Positions 10,841-22,674 are shown, counted from the first letter of the stretch. The stretch: DNA of 64,000 bases from an uncultured Chloroflexia bacterium (GCA_963751635.1 CAVVVE010000002.1:278026-342025); one strand, 5' to 3'. Numbers and translations: made by a program. Notes: generated by a model not told the origin, from the sequence alone.

Positions 10841-11969
10841 CGCTATTCCCTGTTCGAATCCAACCCTGCCGCGCATCACCGTGCTTGGCCTGGGCGGCGG
10901 CGGATGTAACACCATCAATCGCCTGTCCAGCCTGCGCCTGCCGGGCATTCATCTTGTGGCAGCCAACACCGACGCGCTGGCGCTGGAAACCTGTTCTGCA
11001 GATGAGCGCATATTGCTGGGTAAAGGCCTCACCCGTGGGCTGGGCTCCGGCGGTGATCCTGCGGTCGGACAGCAAGCCGCAGAGGAGTGCTTCAGGGAGC
11101 TGATCGGTGCGATCAGGGGCAGCGGCGTCCTTTTCCTGACAGCGGGCATGGGCGGCGGGACGGGTTCGGGCGCCATTCAGATTGCCGCCAGGATCGCCAA
11201 ATCCCTGGGAATTCTGACCATCGCGATTGTCACCACGCCTTTCTCCTTTGAATCCGGCATGCGCACACAAAACGCGCGCGAATCCAGCGCACGCCTGCGG
11301 CCTTTCGTGGACACGCTCATCACCATCCCTAACGACCGCCTGATCGGGCTTTCTTCGACTGATACCACCCTGAAAAGCGCCTTCGCGCTGGCAGATGACC
11401 TGCTTATCAAGGGAATTCACAGCATCTCGGGCATGGTCCATTCATCGGGAATGATGGCCGTTGATTTCTCGCACATCCTGCGGCTGATGCGCCAGGAAGG
11501 CGGCTGTTATATCTCCAACGGGACCGCAAGCGGCGCGGACAAGACCATCGCTGCCCTGCGCAGCGCCCTGCAGCATCCGCTGCTGGAAGAAATTCCGCTG
11601 CAGAATGCCAAGGGGCTGGTCGTCAAATTCAGCGGTGCGCTCAACCTGGCTGAAATCCAGGCCGCCATGCAATTTTTGAAAGAAAGCGTTTCACCCGATG
11701 CGGAAGTGATCACCGCCATGGAAGAAGACAACCTGCTGGAAGACCGGGTGCAGGCCATGGTGCTGGTCACCGGCATCGGCGCCATCCCGGTGCAGGATCA
11801 GGCGCCTTCCGAACAGGAGATGGCTGAGCAATTGCCGGCTGAAATTGCGGAACCGGCACCCAAATCGTGGATGGCCGGGTATTCCCCCACCGAGATGTCA
11901 CCTGACGACCTGGAAGTGCCCGCCTTCATCCGCCGGGGCTATAATCAGATTGAACATGCAATGCGATGA
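10827..11969 (+). CDS. ftsZ: FtsZ family protein, divergent paralog-like
   Basis: GLGGGGCN, NTD, TRGLGSGGDP, GMGGGTGSG tubulin signature, PFSFE, IPNDRL, C-terminal peptide DDLEVPAFIRR. T7 loop is degenerate. Confidence 0.9.
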   Translation: MPSNNAIPCSNPTLPRITVLGLGGGGCNTINRLSSLRLPGIHLVAANTDALALETCSADERILLGKGLTRGLGSGGDPAVGQQAAEECFRELIGAIRGSGVLFLTAGMGGGTGSGAIQIAARIAKSLGILTIAIVTTPFSFESGMRTQNARESSARLRPFVDTLITIPNDRLIGLSSTDTTLKSAFALADDLLIKGIHSISGMVHSSGMMAVDFSHILRLMRQEGGCYISNGTASGADKTIAALRSALQHPLLEEIPLQNAKGLVVKFSGALNLAEIQAAMQFLKESVSPDAEVITAMEEDNLLEDRVQAMVLVTGIGAIPVQDQAPSEQEMAEQLPAEIAEPAPKSWMAGYSPTEMSPDDLEVPAFIRRGYNQIEHAMR

Positions 11970-11970
11970 G

Positions 11971-12189
11971 ATGGAGAAAGAAGCCTTAGAAAAGGTTAAC
12001 CAGGCGGTTTACAAGCAGTTCCCATATCTGCAGGGAGTGGATCCTGAAGTTTCTGCAATGGAAAATGAGCAGTTCCTTCTAATCTATAAAGGACAGGCCA
12101 CGACCGCTGATGGGCACGCACTACCTATTTCGATAAGAATTGTCTCTGATATTAATGGATATATTCAAAAACTCACCTCCTCGCGATAA
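11971..12189 (+). CDS. Small hypothetical protein (72 aa)
   Basis: ATG directly after the ftsZ stop; MEKEALEKVNQAVYKQFPYLQGVDP...KLTSSR. Confidence 0.65.
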   Translation: MEKEALEKVNQAVYKQFPYLQGVDPEVSAMENEQFLLIYKGQATTADGHALPISIRIVSDINGYIQKLTSSR

Positions 12190-12232
12190 AATCAATTATT
12201 CAAATTTACATAAATAATTTTTAAACTCTTCA

Positions 12233-13206
12233 ATGAATAGTGTGTCTTCCCTCTCCCACCCCAACATCGCCTTTATCAAATACTGGGGCAACCGCGATAA
12301 TGCCCTGCGCATCCCCGCTAACGGCTCTATTTCCATGAACCTGGCTTCGCTTGAAACGCGCACCACTGTGGAAGTCAGCCCGGATTTTAAAGCAGACAGC
12401 CTGACGCTTAACAGCCGCCGGGAAACCGGTCCGGCGCTGATGCGCGTTAAAGCATTCATGGACTTGCTGCGAGAAATGAGCGGCAAGCCGTTCCACGCGC
12501 GTGTTACCAGCCAAAACAATTTTCCCCAATCCGCGGGCATCGCTTCATCCGCTTCTGCGTTCGCGGCGCTGGCAGCAGCTGGAAGCCGGGCATATGGGAT
12601 TGAGCTTGGTGAGAAAGAATTGACAATTCTTGCCCGCCGGGGATCGGGTTCCGCCGCACGCTCCATCCCGGATGGGATTTGTGGAATGGCATGCCGGCAA
12701 AACAAATGCGGATTCCTTTGCCGAGAGCATCGCGCCCGCCGGATCACTGGGACCTGTGGGACTGCATTGCAGTTGTCTCCGAAACACCCAAGAAAACCGG
12801 CTCTACGGAAGGCCACCAGTCGGCCGGCACCAGCCCGCTGCAGGCAGCCAGAGTCAAGGATGCCGCGCGCCGGCTTGAGATCTGCCGAAAAGCCATTATG
12901 GACAAGGATTTCGAAGCGCTGGGAGAGATCATCGAATTGGACAGCAACATGATGCATGCGGTCATGATGACCTCACAGCCGCCCCTGATGTACTGGACAC
13001 CCAAGTCACTTGAGATCATGCAGGAAGTATCCCAATGGCGCAAGAAAGGCATCCCGGCGGCGTACACGCTGGACGCGGGACCCAATGTGCATGTCATCTG
13101 CACCAGCGATTCTGCCGAGCGCGTCCGCGCCCGGCTTGAAAGCTTCCCAGGGGTTGCCTGGGTGCTGTCATCCGGGGTTGGCGGCGGCACCCGCATCCTG
13201 CCATAA
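12233..13206 (+). CDS. mvaD: (Di)phosphomevalonate decarboxylase, frameshift near 12680
   Basis: HPNIAFIKYWG, NGSISMNL, NNFPQSAGIASSASAFAAL, RRGSGSAARS, YTLDAGPNVH. Confidence 0.9.
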
Positions 13207-13285
13207 TCCGCACCTGTTTTAATATTCTTCCTACATCCAGTTTTCACACCTGCGGTTATAATCCCCTGCCGAAAAGGAAAAATGA

Positions 13286-14365
13286 ATGAGCAATTCCACA
13301 TTGAGCCTGATTGAATTTATCGCCGCCCTTAGCGTACTGCTTCTGGTGCACGAAATGGGGCATTATCTGGTCGGCAAGCTTTTTAAGATCGAAGCCGAGG
13401 AATTCGGTTTTGGCTACCCGCCCAAGCTTCTAAAACTGTTCAGGCTGGGCGGCACTGATTTCACGCTGAACCTGATCCCTTTCGGCGCGTTTGTGCGCTT
13501 CAAAGGCGAAAACGATCCAAAAGCCTCCGGCGGGCTGGCAAGCGCCAACAAATGGAAGCGCCTGGCTACTTTGGCTGCCGGCGCAGCCATGAACCTGCTC
13601 ACCGGAATCCTGCTGTTTACCTTCGTCATCTCACGCACCGGCATGCCCCAAACCGATGTCATTGAGATTGCAGCTGTTGAGGCAGGCTCGCCCGCGGCAC
13701 AGGCCGGCATTTTTCCGCAAGATATCATTGAATCGGTCAATTCAATCGAGATTACTGACATGGCTCAAGTGAGCAAGATCATCCAGCAGAATTTGGATGT
13801 CCCGGTGATCATGGCGCTTTCGCGCAACGATGAACGGCTGGAGGTGGAAGTCACCCCGCGCAGCAATCCACCTGAAGGGCAAGGGCCTCTGGGGATCGTG
13901 ATGCAGAATCCCGTGCAGAAAATCGGTTTTTTCAAAGCCATTCCAGCCGGCGGCCAGCTCGTCCTGGAACAGGGCAAACAATTGATCGCCATGCCGCTGA
14001 TGCTCATCCGCGGCCAAGTCCAATCGGCAGATATGCGCCTGCTCTCTCCAAAAGGAATTTATGATGTGTATTCCCAAGTCAGGGCTGTAGAACGCCAGTC
14101 AGAGCAGTCACAGCCTGAATTGGCCTTTTTGAATATCGCCTGGTTTTTCGGCATCATTTCAACCGCGTTGGGTTTCACCAATCTGCTCCCCATTCCCGCG
14201 CTGGATGGCGGCCGAATGCTCTTCATTATTCCAGAGATCATCACCGGCAAGCGCGTGCCGGCCAAGTATGAGAATATGGTCCATTTTATCGGTTATACCG
14301 CCCTGTTGCTTTTGATGGGATATGTTTTCTATCAAGACTTTGTCAACCCGATTGTGTTACCATAG
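13286..14365 (+). CDS. rseP: RIP metalloprotease RseP (M50) with PDZ domain
   Basis: HEMGH, FGFG, NLIPFGAFV, PDZ (SPAAQAGIFPQD), NLLPIPALDGG. Confidence 0.92.
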   Translation: MSNSTLSLIEFIAALSVLLLVHEMGHYLVGKLFKIEAEEFGFGYPPKLLKLFRLGGTDFTLNLIPFGAFVRFKGENDPKASGGLASANKWKRLATLAAGAAMNLLTGILLFTFVISRTGMPQTDVIEIAAVEAGSPAAQAGIFPQDIIESVNSIEITDMAQVSKIIQQNLDVPVIMALSRNDERLEVEVTPRSNPPEGQGPLGIVMQNPVQKIGFFKAIPAGGQLVLEQGKQLIAMPLMLIRGQVQSADMRLLSPKGIYDVYSQVRAVERQSEQSQPELAFLNIAWFFGIISTALGFTNLLPIPALDGGRMLFIIPEIITGKRVPAKYENMVHFIGYTALLLLMGYVFYQDFVNPIVLP

Positions 14366-14370
14366 AAAGT

Positions 14371-15318
14371 ATGAGCGACAAGACATCCAATCCGCTTTTG
14401 AAGGCTGTCCTGAAGGCGCTGCTGGACAACGACCAGCTTTTTCCGGAAGAATTGCTGCCTTTTTTCTCTGATATTTATCCCGCTGATCTTGAGCAGGTCA
14501 AGAAGGTCTGGCCTGAAATCGCTTTGGAACGCAGGATCAGCATTTTGGCTGACCTGGTGGATATGATGGAAGCGGATACGATGCTTTCGTGCGATGGGTT
14601 GGCAAAATTCGCGTTGAGTGATGATTTTCCGGAAGTGCGCGAAAACGCCATTTCACTGCTGTGGGAATGCGATGATCCTGCCCTTGCGGTACGCTTTGCA
14701 GATATGCTGGACAATGACGAAAGCGAGCTCGTTCAAATAGCCGCGGCGACGGCACTGGGCAAATTTGTCCTCCTGGGAGAATTGGATGAAATCCCTTCCA
14801 AAACCGCCGATAAGACAATCAATGCGCTGCTAGAGAAGTTTAATTCAAAACCTGCCAAAGCTATCAGCCAGGAACTCCTAAAATCACTCGCTTATTCCAG
14901 CCAGCCTGAAATTTCGCGATTAATTGAATCGGCTTTTTTGGATCCCGACCCATCCTGGCGGCTGGCCGCCCTCACTTCCATGGGCAGGTCTGCAGATGAG
15001 CGCTGGGAAAAGCCGGTATTGCATATGATGAAAAGTGACGATCCAGATTTTATAAATGAAGCTGTCAAAGCTGCCGGCGAGCTGGAATTATCAAGCGCGC
15101 GTGCGCCGCTTCTTCAAATCCTCGAAGACGAGGCTGATGACGTTGAGCTGCGCACCAATGCCATTTGGGCGCTCTCGAAAATTGGCGGGGATAATGTGAA
15201 ATCGGTGCTCCAACGCCTGTTGGATGATGCGCCGGATGAGGAAGAAGCCGAGATCATTGAACTGGCGATTGAAGCCCTGGATTTTTCTTCAGAACTTCCG
15301 GATCTGGATTTGGATTAG
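14371..15318 (+). CDS. HEAT-repeat protein
   Basis: Repeated D..P.VR..A...LG motifs; acidic composition. Confidence 0.8.
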   Translation: MSDKTSNPLLKAVLKALLDNDQLFPEELLPFFSDIYPADLEQVKKVWPEIALERRISILADLVDMMEADTMLSCDGLAKFALSDDFPEVRENAISLLWECDDPALAVRFADMLDNDESELVQIAAATALGKFVLLGELDEIPSKTADKTINALLEKFNSKPAKAISQELLKSLAYSSQPEISRLIESAFLDPDPSWRLAALTSMGRSADERWEKPVLHMMKSDDPDFINEAVKAAGELELSSARAPLLQILEDEADDVELRTNAIWALSKIGGDNVKSVLQRLLDDAPDEEEAEIIELAIEALDFSSELPDLDLD

Positions 15319-15332
15319 GCAGTTGAGGAGCA

Positions 15333-15626
15333 ATGAGCACAGATAAGCAGCGCCTGCACGTGGTCGTCCGCGGAATTGTCCAGGGAGTTGGCTTCAGATT
15401 CTTCGCTTACCAGCACAGCACCCTTTTAAACCTGCGCGGCTGGGTCAGGAACCGCGCCAATGGGGATGTGGAAGTGCTGGCCGAGGGACCTCGAAAAGAC
15501 CTTGATTATCTCCTGGAGAAACTGAAAGAAGGGCCTTCTATGGCCCAGGTCATAGAAGCGGATGCCGACTGGCAGCCCTATCAAGGCGACCTGCCGGTTT
15601 TTACTGTCCTTCCGACGGATTATTGA
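15333..15626 (+). CDS. acyP: Acylphosphatase
   Basis: [28 protein letters not shown]. Confidence 0.92.
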   Translation: MSTDKQRLHVVVRGIVQGVGFRFFAYQHSTLLNLRGWVRNRANGDVEVLAEGPRKDLDYLLEKLKEGPSMAQVIEADADWQPYQGDLPVFTVLPTDY

Positions 15627-17673
15627 TCGGTTCGTCCTCACCGGTCAGGATGGCAATTTTTTTCCAGGGCGGCAGGTTGGATTGGTCTGCCAGCATCTTG
15701 CGCAATTCATAAATCTGATCCCTTAAAACTGCCGCGCGCTCAAATTCCAACGCCTGCGCTGCGGTCTTCATGCGCTCTTCAGTCTCAGTGATGATGCGTT
15801 TCAATTCATTCTGCGGCAGGCGCGTAACGGCTTCACCCGCGTCATAATCAGCCTGCTGGTCGCCGATTGTAGCACTTGCAGTCAGACGGGCGGTGATGTC
15901 ATAAATTTCTTTAATGATGCTGAAGGGCTGGATGCCGTGCGCCTTATTATATTTGTCCTGCTTTTCGCGGCGGCGGTCGGTCTCGTCAATTGCTTTCCGC
16001 ATGGAATCGGTGACATGGTCAGCGTACATGATGACCTTGCCATTCAGGTTTCTCGCAGCCCGGCCGATGGTCTGGATCAAGGCTGTTGAAGACCGCAGGA
16101 ATCCTTCCTTATCAGCATCCAGGATGGCAACCAGCGATACTTCCGGCAGGTCCAGGCCTTCTCTCAGCAAGTTGATGCCCACAATGACATCATAAATCCC
16201 CAGGCGCAGGTCACGCAGGATGCCCACACGGTCCAGGGTTTCCACTTCAGAATGCAGATAATGGACTGCAATATCCAGCTCTTTCAGGTATTCAGAAAGG
16301 TCTTCAGCCATGCGTTTGGTAAGCGTGGTCACCAGTACACGCTCTTTGAGCGCCACCCGTGCCCGGATTTCGCCGATCAGATTATCCACCTGCCCCTGCA
16401 CCGGCCGCACCTCCACCGCCGGATCAATCAGGCCGGTTGGGCGGATGATCTGCTCAACCACGTCATCCGCGATTGACAGCTCATAAGCGGCCGGCGTTGC
16501 GGAGGTATAAATCGTATAACCCATTTTTGCCTGGAATTCTTCAAAGGTCAGAGGACGGTTATCCAGCGCGGAGGGCAGGCGAAAACCATAATCCACCAGT
16601 GTTCCCTTGCGCGAACGGTCACCGTTATACATGCCGCGAATTTGCGGGATGCTCATGTGCGATTCATCCAGGACCAGAATATAGTCAGACGGCAGAAAAT
16701 CCATCAGCGTCCAAGGGGGAGAACCAATTGGCCGTTGATCAAGGTGGCGGGAATAGTTTTCAATACCGGAGCAATAACCGATCTCGCGCAGCATTTCGAG
16801 GTCGTAACGCGCACGCTGTTCAAGCCGCTGCGCTTCAAGGAGTTTTTCCTGCGACTTCAATTCTGCCAGACGCACTTCAAGCTCAGCTTCGATATCGCCG
16901 ATAGCCTGCCTCAGCCGCTCTTCCTGAGTGATGAAATGTTTGGCTGGATAAATCTCCACGTGCTCCAAATCCTGCAGGATTTCGCCAGTGACCGGATTCA
17001 GGCTGATGATGCGTTCCACCTCATCACCGAAAAATGAAATCCGGTAAGCCAGATCCTTTTCATAAGCCGGAAACACTTCCAGAGTATCCCCGCGCAGGCG
17101 AAATATTCCCTGGCGCAATTCCAGGTCATTGCGGGCGTAATGCTCCTCCACCAGCTGGCGCAGCAGCACATTGCGGCGATACATCTGCCCTTTATTCAGT
17201 TCTATGACCACGCTGCTATAAGCTTCCGGGCTGCCCAGACCATAAATCGCTGAAACCGATGCCACGACAATAACATCCTTACGGGAGACGATGGATGTTG
17301 TGGCAGCCAGCCTCAAACGCTCGATCTCTTCATTTATTTCGGTTTCTTTTTCAATATAAAGATCCTGGCGCGGGATGTAGGCTTCCGGCTGATAATAATC
17401 ATAATAAGAGACAAAATATTCCACCGCATTTTCCGGAAAAAATTCCTTGAATTCTGCGTATAACTGCGCGGCAAGTGTTTTGTTATGAGCCATCACAAGC
17501 GCTGGTTTCTGCACACGCTGGATCACATTTGCGATCGTAAAGGTCTTGCCGGTTCCAGTCGCGCCCAACAGCACCTGATGTTTCTTGCCAGCCTCGATAT
17601 TTCTGACCAATTGGTCTATCGCTTCAGGCTGGTCGCCCATGGGTTGATAAGGAGAGTGCAGGTTAAAATCCAT
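15601..17673 (-). CDS. uvrB: Excinuclease ABC subunit B
   Basis: [44 protein letters not shown]-terminal UVR domain. Confidence 0.98.
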   Translation of the reverse strand: MDFNLHSPYQPMGDQPEAIDQLVRNIEAGKKHQVLLGATGTGKTFTIANVIQRVQKPALVMAHNKTLAAQLYAEFKEFFPENAVEYFVSYYDYYQPEAYIPRQDLYIEKETEINEEIERLRLAATTSIVSRKDVIVVASVSAIYGLGSPEAYSSVVIELNKGQMYRRNVLLRQLVEEHYARNDLELRQGIFRLRGDTLEVFPAYEKDLAYRISFFGDEVERIISLNPVTGEILQDLEHVEIYPAKHFITQEERLRQAIGDIEAELEVRLAELKSQEKLLEAQRLEQRARYDLEMLREIGYCSGIENYSRHLDQRPIGSPPWTLMDFLPSDYILVLDESHMSIPQIRGMYNGDRSRKGTLVDYGFRLPSALDNRPLTFEEFQAKMGYTIYTSATPAAYELSIADDVVEQIIRPTGLIDPAVEVRPVQGQVDNLIGEIRARVALKERVLVTTLTKRMAEDLSEYLKELDIAVHYLHSEVETLDRVGILRDLRLGIYDVIVGINLLREGLDLPEVSLVAILDADKEGFLRSSTALIQTIGRAARNLNGKVIMYADHVTDSMRKAIDETDRRREKQDKYNKAHGIQPFSIIKEIYDITARLTASATIGDQQADYDAGEAVTRLPQNELKRIITETEERMKTAAQALEFERAAVLRDQIYELRKMLADQSNLPPWKKIAILTGEDEPINNPSEGQ

Positions 17674-20600
17674 TTGTATTCACCTTTTCAGTAGTCTGGT
17701 TTTCCAAATTTGACAAAGCATTTTCCAGGCTGGTTTTCCAATCAGTCCGCTCGGAGATGTTAATCCAATACGCGTTTTTTCCCCGCCGTGATTCAATTCC
17801 GATATCCGGCAGATGCCGCTCTTTGATACCTTCCGGTAAAGCAGGAAACCGCAGCACCAGGTGGCTGCCTTCAACTGTGATGGAAGCCAATCCGCTGCGT
17901 TCGGCTTTCAATTTTACCCGCAGCTGCCAGAGAAGGTTTTGCAGTCCTTCGTCCGGATCACCGAAACGGTCAGTAAATTCTGTCTGAATATCATCCAATT
18001 CGGCTTCACTGGTGATATCCGCCAGGCGGCGATAGATTTGCAGACGCAGCGCTTCATCTGCGATGTAGGTGGTCGAGATGCCTACGGAAAGCGGCAGCTC
18101 CACATTGACCAAAGGCCTGAGCCTGGAATATGGCAAGGCGGTTTTCTTTTCCGATGAGGGGAACTCGGGTGTTTTGATCGCATTTACCGCTTCTGAAAGC
18201 AGGCGTGTATAAAGATGAAACCCGACTGCGGCGATATGCCCGTGCTGCATCGTGCCCAGCAGGTTCCCCGCGCCGCGCATTTCAAGGTCGCGCATGGCAA
18301 TCGAATATCCTGCGCCAAGTTGAATATTTTCAGCGATGGTTTCCAGGCGTTCGAGACCTTCGGGAGTCGGCAGTTTTTTCCGGTGGTGAAAAAAGTAAGC
18401 ATAAGCCCGCGATGCTCCCCGCCCCACCCGCCCGCGAAGCTGATAGAGCTGCGATAAGCCAAACGCATCACCGCGGTCAACGATGAGGGTATTCGCATTC
18501 GGGATGTCAAGCCCTGATTCAATAATGGATGTGGAAAGCAGCACATCCACTTCGCCTGCTGTAAAGCGCCGCATCACTTCTTCCAGACCTTTTTCCTGCA
18601 TCTGCCCATGCGCAATGCCCACCCTGGCTTCCGGCACGATATTCTGCAGATGGGTTGCCATGGCGCTGATAGTCTGTACACGGTTATGCACAAAGAAGAC
18701 CTGCCCACCCCGGTCAACCTCGCGGATGATCGCCCTGCGCACAATTTCTGGGTCATAACCGCCCACATAGGTTTGGATGGGCAGCCGGTCGGTGGGCGGT
18801 GAGTTGATGACGGATATATCGCGGATTCCGGCAACAGCCATGTACAAAGTGCGGGGGATGGGCGTCGCCGTCATGGTAAGGACATCCAGTTCGGTGCGTT
18901 TTTTCTTAAAGAATTCTTTATGCGTCACACCAAAACGCTGTTCCTCGTCAATGACAAGCAGCCCCAGGTCCTTAAAAAGGACATCCGGCTGAAGCAGGCG
19001 GTGCGTTCCGATGATGATATCAATTTCACCGGCTTCCAATTCAAGCAGAATCTCAGCCTGCTCGGCAGCGCTGCGAAAACGCGAAAGCATCTCAACTTTT
19101 ACCGGAAAGGGCGTCAAACGCTTGCGGAAAGTATCGAAGTGCTGCTGCGCCAAAACTGTGGTTGGCACAAGCATGGCAACCTGTTTGCCATCCATTACCG
19201 CTTTGAAAGCCGCCCGCAATGCCACTTCGGTTTTGCCATAGCCGACATCCCCGCATAACAGCCGGTCCATTGGGCGGGGTTTTTCCATATCAACTTTTAC
19301 CTCGTCAATTGCATTAGCCTGATCGGGGGTTTCAGTGTAAGGAAAACTTGCCTCCAGGTTTTTCTGCCATTCCGTATCCGGCGAGAAAACAAATCCCTGG
19401 GCGTCCTGGCGTTTGGCATACAATTCCAGCAGCTCCTGGGCGACCTCACGAACTGCCTCGCCGGCTCTCTGCCTGGCGGCCGCCCATTCACCGGAACCCA
19501 GCCGCGTCAGACGCGGGATCTGCTCATCTGCACCGATATAATGGCTGAGCCGGTCTGCCTGGTGGACAGGAACATATAAGAGATCATCATCAGCGTAACC
19601 AATCGTCAAATAATCGCGCTCGATGCCATCCAGCGTCCTGTGAACAAGCCCCCTGAAACGGCCGATCCCGTAATCCACATGGACAACCAGAGCGCCTTCC
19701 TTGAGATCCGCGTATGAAAATTCGGGCGCGTCAAAGGATTTCGCACGCCGGCGCCGGGTCCGTTCCCGTTCCCAGCCAAAAATTTCCTGGTCAGTTAAGA
19801 GGACTGCGCTGCCAGCATCTTTATAAATGACTTCCCAGCCTCCGCTCAGGCTGCCATCGTTTATATTCAAATTGCTTTCAGAACCAAAATCAATATGATT
19901 TTCCCGGAAGACCTCTTTAAGCCTGTCGGTCTGTTTGGAGATGATAAAGATCCTGCGGCTCTTCTCCTGTCCTGATCGGATAAAGTCGGTCAACCTGTCT
20001 AATTGGGCGCCGAAGCGCGGGCTGGGCGAGAAGGCTGCCGAGACAGGATGCACTTCGCTCCCCAACGGGAAACCCAAGTCAATCACGTGGAAGGAAGACA
20101 GTGTATCCATTATTTCCGACCAGGTAATATACGGAACCGGAAAATCATTTTCTATAATGCCATTTTCAACTGCTTCAACGCGCATCTTGACAGCCTGCTC
20201 TTCAATTTCCTCCGCGGTGACTGAAACAGAAGCGCTGTTATCGATAAGCACTATCGTACTCTTGGGCAGATAATCCAGCAGAGAAGCATTAGATGCATAT
20301 AACCTGGGAATGCTAAATTCGGGAATACGATCAAGTGGATCCAGCTGTTCATCATTCGCAAATACCTTAATCGCTTCATTGGCAGGCGGGATAAAAATTT
20401 CTTCGACTGAATCAATGGTTCGCTGCGTCGCAGGTTCAAACGTGCGGATGCTTTCAATTTCCTCGCCAAAGAAATCAATCCGGATCGGCTTATGGTAATT
20501 CACCGGCCAGATATCCATCAATCCGCCGCGCTTGGAGAACTGGCCTTCGCCAACCACAATTTCTGCTGCCGAATATCCAATTGACACCCATTTTTGCGCC

Positions 20601-21085
20601 AAAGAATTCATGGAAGTCGATGTCTGCACCCGTAAGGCTGAACAGGCGCTGAGAAAATCCCGCCTCGGCGCTGTTCGTGTCATGATGGATTTGGCAGAGG
20701 TGAAAATCACAGGATTGGGAAAACTGGATTTTTGGTATGGCAAAAAGGATTGGGCGAGCGTTACCAGCGTCTGCAGCCTGTCGCGGCGCGTATCCATGTC
20801 CCAATTCGCCTTTTCGTAAAAAAGGGGCGTAGGTTCAGAAAAAACCAGGTGGTCATCAGAATTGGACCAAAATCCATATTCTTCATGCATGGAAAGCAGC
20901 CGGTCAGGCCGGGAAGTGATAAACAATATCGGTTTGGCGGTATCGCGCTGCAGCGCAGCCATGAAAGGCAGCCGTATGGACCTTGGAAGGCTGAGCGGGA
21001 TTTGCTCAATCCCCGCCTGTAATCTCTCGATCAGGTCCGGGTATCCCTGAATTCTCAGGAAATCAATAAAAGAAGGATCACTCAT
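17663..21085 (-). CDS. mfd: Transcription-repair coupling factor
   Basis: [13 protein letters not shown]-interaction domain, [33 protein letters not shown]. Start placed at MSDPSF, overlapping the pth stop. Confidence 0.97.
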   Translation of the reverse strand: MSDPSFIDFLRIQGYPDLIERLQAGIEQIPLSLPRSIRLPFMAALQRDTAKPILFITSRPDRLLSMHEEYGFWSNSDDHLVFSEPTPLFYEKANWDMDTRRDRLQTLVTLAQSFLPYQKSSFPNPVIFTSAKSIMTRTAPRRDFLSACSALRVQTSTSMNSLAQKWVSIGYSAAEIVVGEGQFSKRGGLMDIWPVNYHKPIRIDFFGEEIESIRTFEPATQRTIDSVEEIFIPPANEAIKVFANDEQLDPLDRIPEFSIPRLYASNASLLDYLPKSTIVLIDNSASVSVTAEEIEEQAVKMRVEAVENGIIENDFPVPYITWSEIMDTLSSFHVIDLGFPLGSEVHPVSAAFSPSPRFGAQLDRLTDFIRSGQEKSRRIFIISKQTDRLKEVFRENHIDFGSESNLNINDGSLSGGWEVIYKDAGSAVLLTDQEIFGWERERTRRRRAKSFDAPEFSYADLKEGALVVHVDYGIGRFRGLVHRTLDGIERDYLTIGYADDDLLYVPVHQADRLSHYIGADEQIPRLTRLGSGEWAAARQRAGEAVREVAQELLELYAKRQDAQGFVFSPDTEWQKNLEASFPYTETPDQANAIDEVKVDMEKPRPMDRLLCGDVGYGKTEVALRAAFKAVMDGKQVAMLVPTTVLAQQHFDTFRKRLTPFPVKVEMLSRFRSAAEQAEILLELEAGEIDIIIGTHRLLQPDVLFKDLGLLVIDEEQRFGVTHKEFFKKKRTELDVLTMTATPIPRTLYMAVAGIRDISVINSPPTDRLPIQTYVGGYDPEIVRRAIIREVDRGGQVFFVHNRVQTISAMATHLQNIVPEARVGIAHGQMQEKGLEEVMRRFTAGEVDVLLSTSIIESGLDIPNANTLIVDRGDAFGLSQLYQLRGRVGRGASRAYAYFFHHRKKLPTPEGLERLETIAENIQLGAGYSIAMRDLEMRGAGNLLGTMQHGHIAAVGFHLYTRLLSEAVNAIKTPEFPSSEKKTALPYSRLRPLVNVELPLSVGISTTYIADEALRLQIYRRLADITSEAELDDIQTEFTDRFGDPDEGLQNLLWQLRVKLKAERSGLASITVEGSHLVLRFPALPEGIKERHLPDIGIESRRGKNAYWINISERTDWKTSLENALSNLENQTTEKVNTNGF

Positions 21086-21662
21086 CGTCCAAAACAGAAC
21101 CATTGTAGCGGTTCATCGAAACCTCTATCCCGCTCTTGATAAAACACTCGACGGCGTCGGCGCATTTATCCAGGATGAAAGTAAGGTCCTTTTTCTCTGA
21201 AGCCCGGAACTTATTCAAAATAAAATCAACAGAATCCGTTTTTCCCGGAGGCCGCCCGATGCCAAGGCGGATGCGGGGGAATTCTTCGGTTCCAAGCTGC
21301 TCAATGATTGATTTCATGCCCTTCTGCCCCGATGAACCGCCTGATTTTCGAATGCGGATGGCGCCAAACGGCAGGTCAAGATCATCGAAAATAACCAGAA
21401 CCTGGCCATTCTGAGGTTTATAGAACTGGATGAAAGCCCTGACCGCGTTGCCGGACAGGTTCATGAAGGTCTGCGGTTTGATCAGCATTACTTTTTCATG
21501 CGGTTTTCGGTATTCCCCATAAAGCGCTTTGTTCTTGTATTTATTAATTTCCACGCCCCAGCGCTCTGCCAACCGGTCAATCGCCAGAAAGCCGATATTA
21601 TGGCGCGTCATTTCATATTCCCGCCCGGGATTTCCGAGCCCGATGATTAAAAAATGATCCAT
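21078..21662 (-). CDS. pth: Peptidyl-tRNA hydrolase
   Basis: IGLGNPG..Y..TRHNIGF, KPQTFMNLSG, DDLDLP, RIRLGIGRP. Confidence 0.95.
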   Translation of the reverse strand: MDHFLIIGLGNPGREYEMTRHNIGFLAIDRLAERWGVEINKYKNKALYGEYRKPHEKVMLIKPQTFMNLSGNAVRAFIQFYKPQNGQVLVIFDDLDLPFGAIRIRKSGGSSGQKGMKSIIEQLGTEEFPRIRLGIGRPPGKTDSVDFILNKFRASEKKDLTFILDKCADAVECFIKSGIEVSMNRYNGSVLDDE

Positions 21663-21895
21663 GCGGGCAAGCTCTGCTAATTTCTTGAAAATCACGCAAT
21701 CCCTTTCGATTAAATGGCAATTAATCAGTTTAACATAAATGGATTTTTTTCGCAAAAGTGATTGCCCCAAAAGAAATCAGAAGAAAGCCATCGAAATAAT
21801 AACTTATTAATAAAGATTTTATAAATCTGTCAGAAAATTCTGGTATGCTATAATTATTCATCCAACTGGAAACGAACCAAATACAGGAAAACAGA

Positions 21896-22288
21896 ATGTC
21901 TCGACAACAAAAAACCGCAGTAATCCTCTTTTCAATCATCGCGGTTCTTTTCGTAGCTGCTGTCATCGCCGGTGTTGTTTATCTTTCGGGACAAGATGCC
22001 GAAATGACCGGGCGTGTCAGGGATATTTTCATCATCGTGCTTGCGCTTGAATCATTGCTGATCGGCGGGACGTTGATCATTCTCGTAATTCAGCTTGCTG
22101 TTTTGACCAATCTGGTCCAAAACGAGATTAAGCCTATCCTGACTTCCGCAAAAGATACCGTCAGCACCCTGCAGGGCACCAGCCACTTCATTTCGAAAAG
22201 AGCGGTCGCACCGATTATTTCTGTCACCAGTGCGCTGGCAGGTTTTAGAAAATTGGGTGACATTATCGGGCTTATCAGAAAAAAATAA
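21896..22288 (+). CDS. Hypothetical membrane protein (DUF948-like)
   Basis: Two TM helices plus amphipathic tail; lies upstream of a YtxH gene as in ytxG-ytxH. TGCTATAAT near 21846. Confidence 0.6.
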   Translation: MSRQQKTAVILFSIIAVLFVAAVIAGVVYLSGQDAEMTGRVRDIFIIVLALESLLIGGTLIILVIQLAVLTNLVQNEIKPILTSAKDTVSTLQGTSHFISKRAVAPIISVTSALAGFRKLGDIIGLIRKK

Positions 22289-22317
22289 TAAATCGATTCT
22301 ATTGAAAGGAGTCACTT

Positions 22318-22674
22318 ATGTCTGACCATGATGATTTTGGAAGTTTTGTTGTAGGGTTTCTTGTTGGAGGTATTTCTGGCGCGATAGCCGCGCTTCTTCT
22401 CGCTCCCCAAAGCGGTGAAGAAACACGCACGATCATTAAAGATAAAGCCATTGAGCTGCGCGACCAAGCCGCAACCACCATTGATGAAACCGTGGAAAAA
22501 GCAGAAAAGACTGTCAATGAATCCATCAAGAAAGCTGAAGCGATGTTAGCTGATGCGAAGAAACGCGCCAATGAGATTGCCGAAAAAGGCCAGGTTATTC
22601 TGGATGAGGGCACAGATAAAGTTGTTAAAGCGGTAAAAAAAGCGACTGACGGCGGCGCAAAAGCCAAATCCTAA
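22318..22674 (+). CDS. YtxH domain-containing protein
   Basis: GFLVGGISGAIAALLLAPQSGEETR motif; RBS AAGGAG. Confidence 0.88.
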   Translation: MSDHDDFGSFVVGFLVGGISGAIAALLLAPQSGEETRTIIKDKAIELRDQAATTIDETVEKAEKTVNESIKKAEAMLADAKKRANEIAEKGQVILDEGTDKVVKAVKKATDGGAKAKS

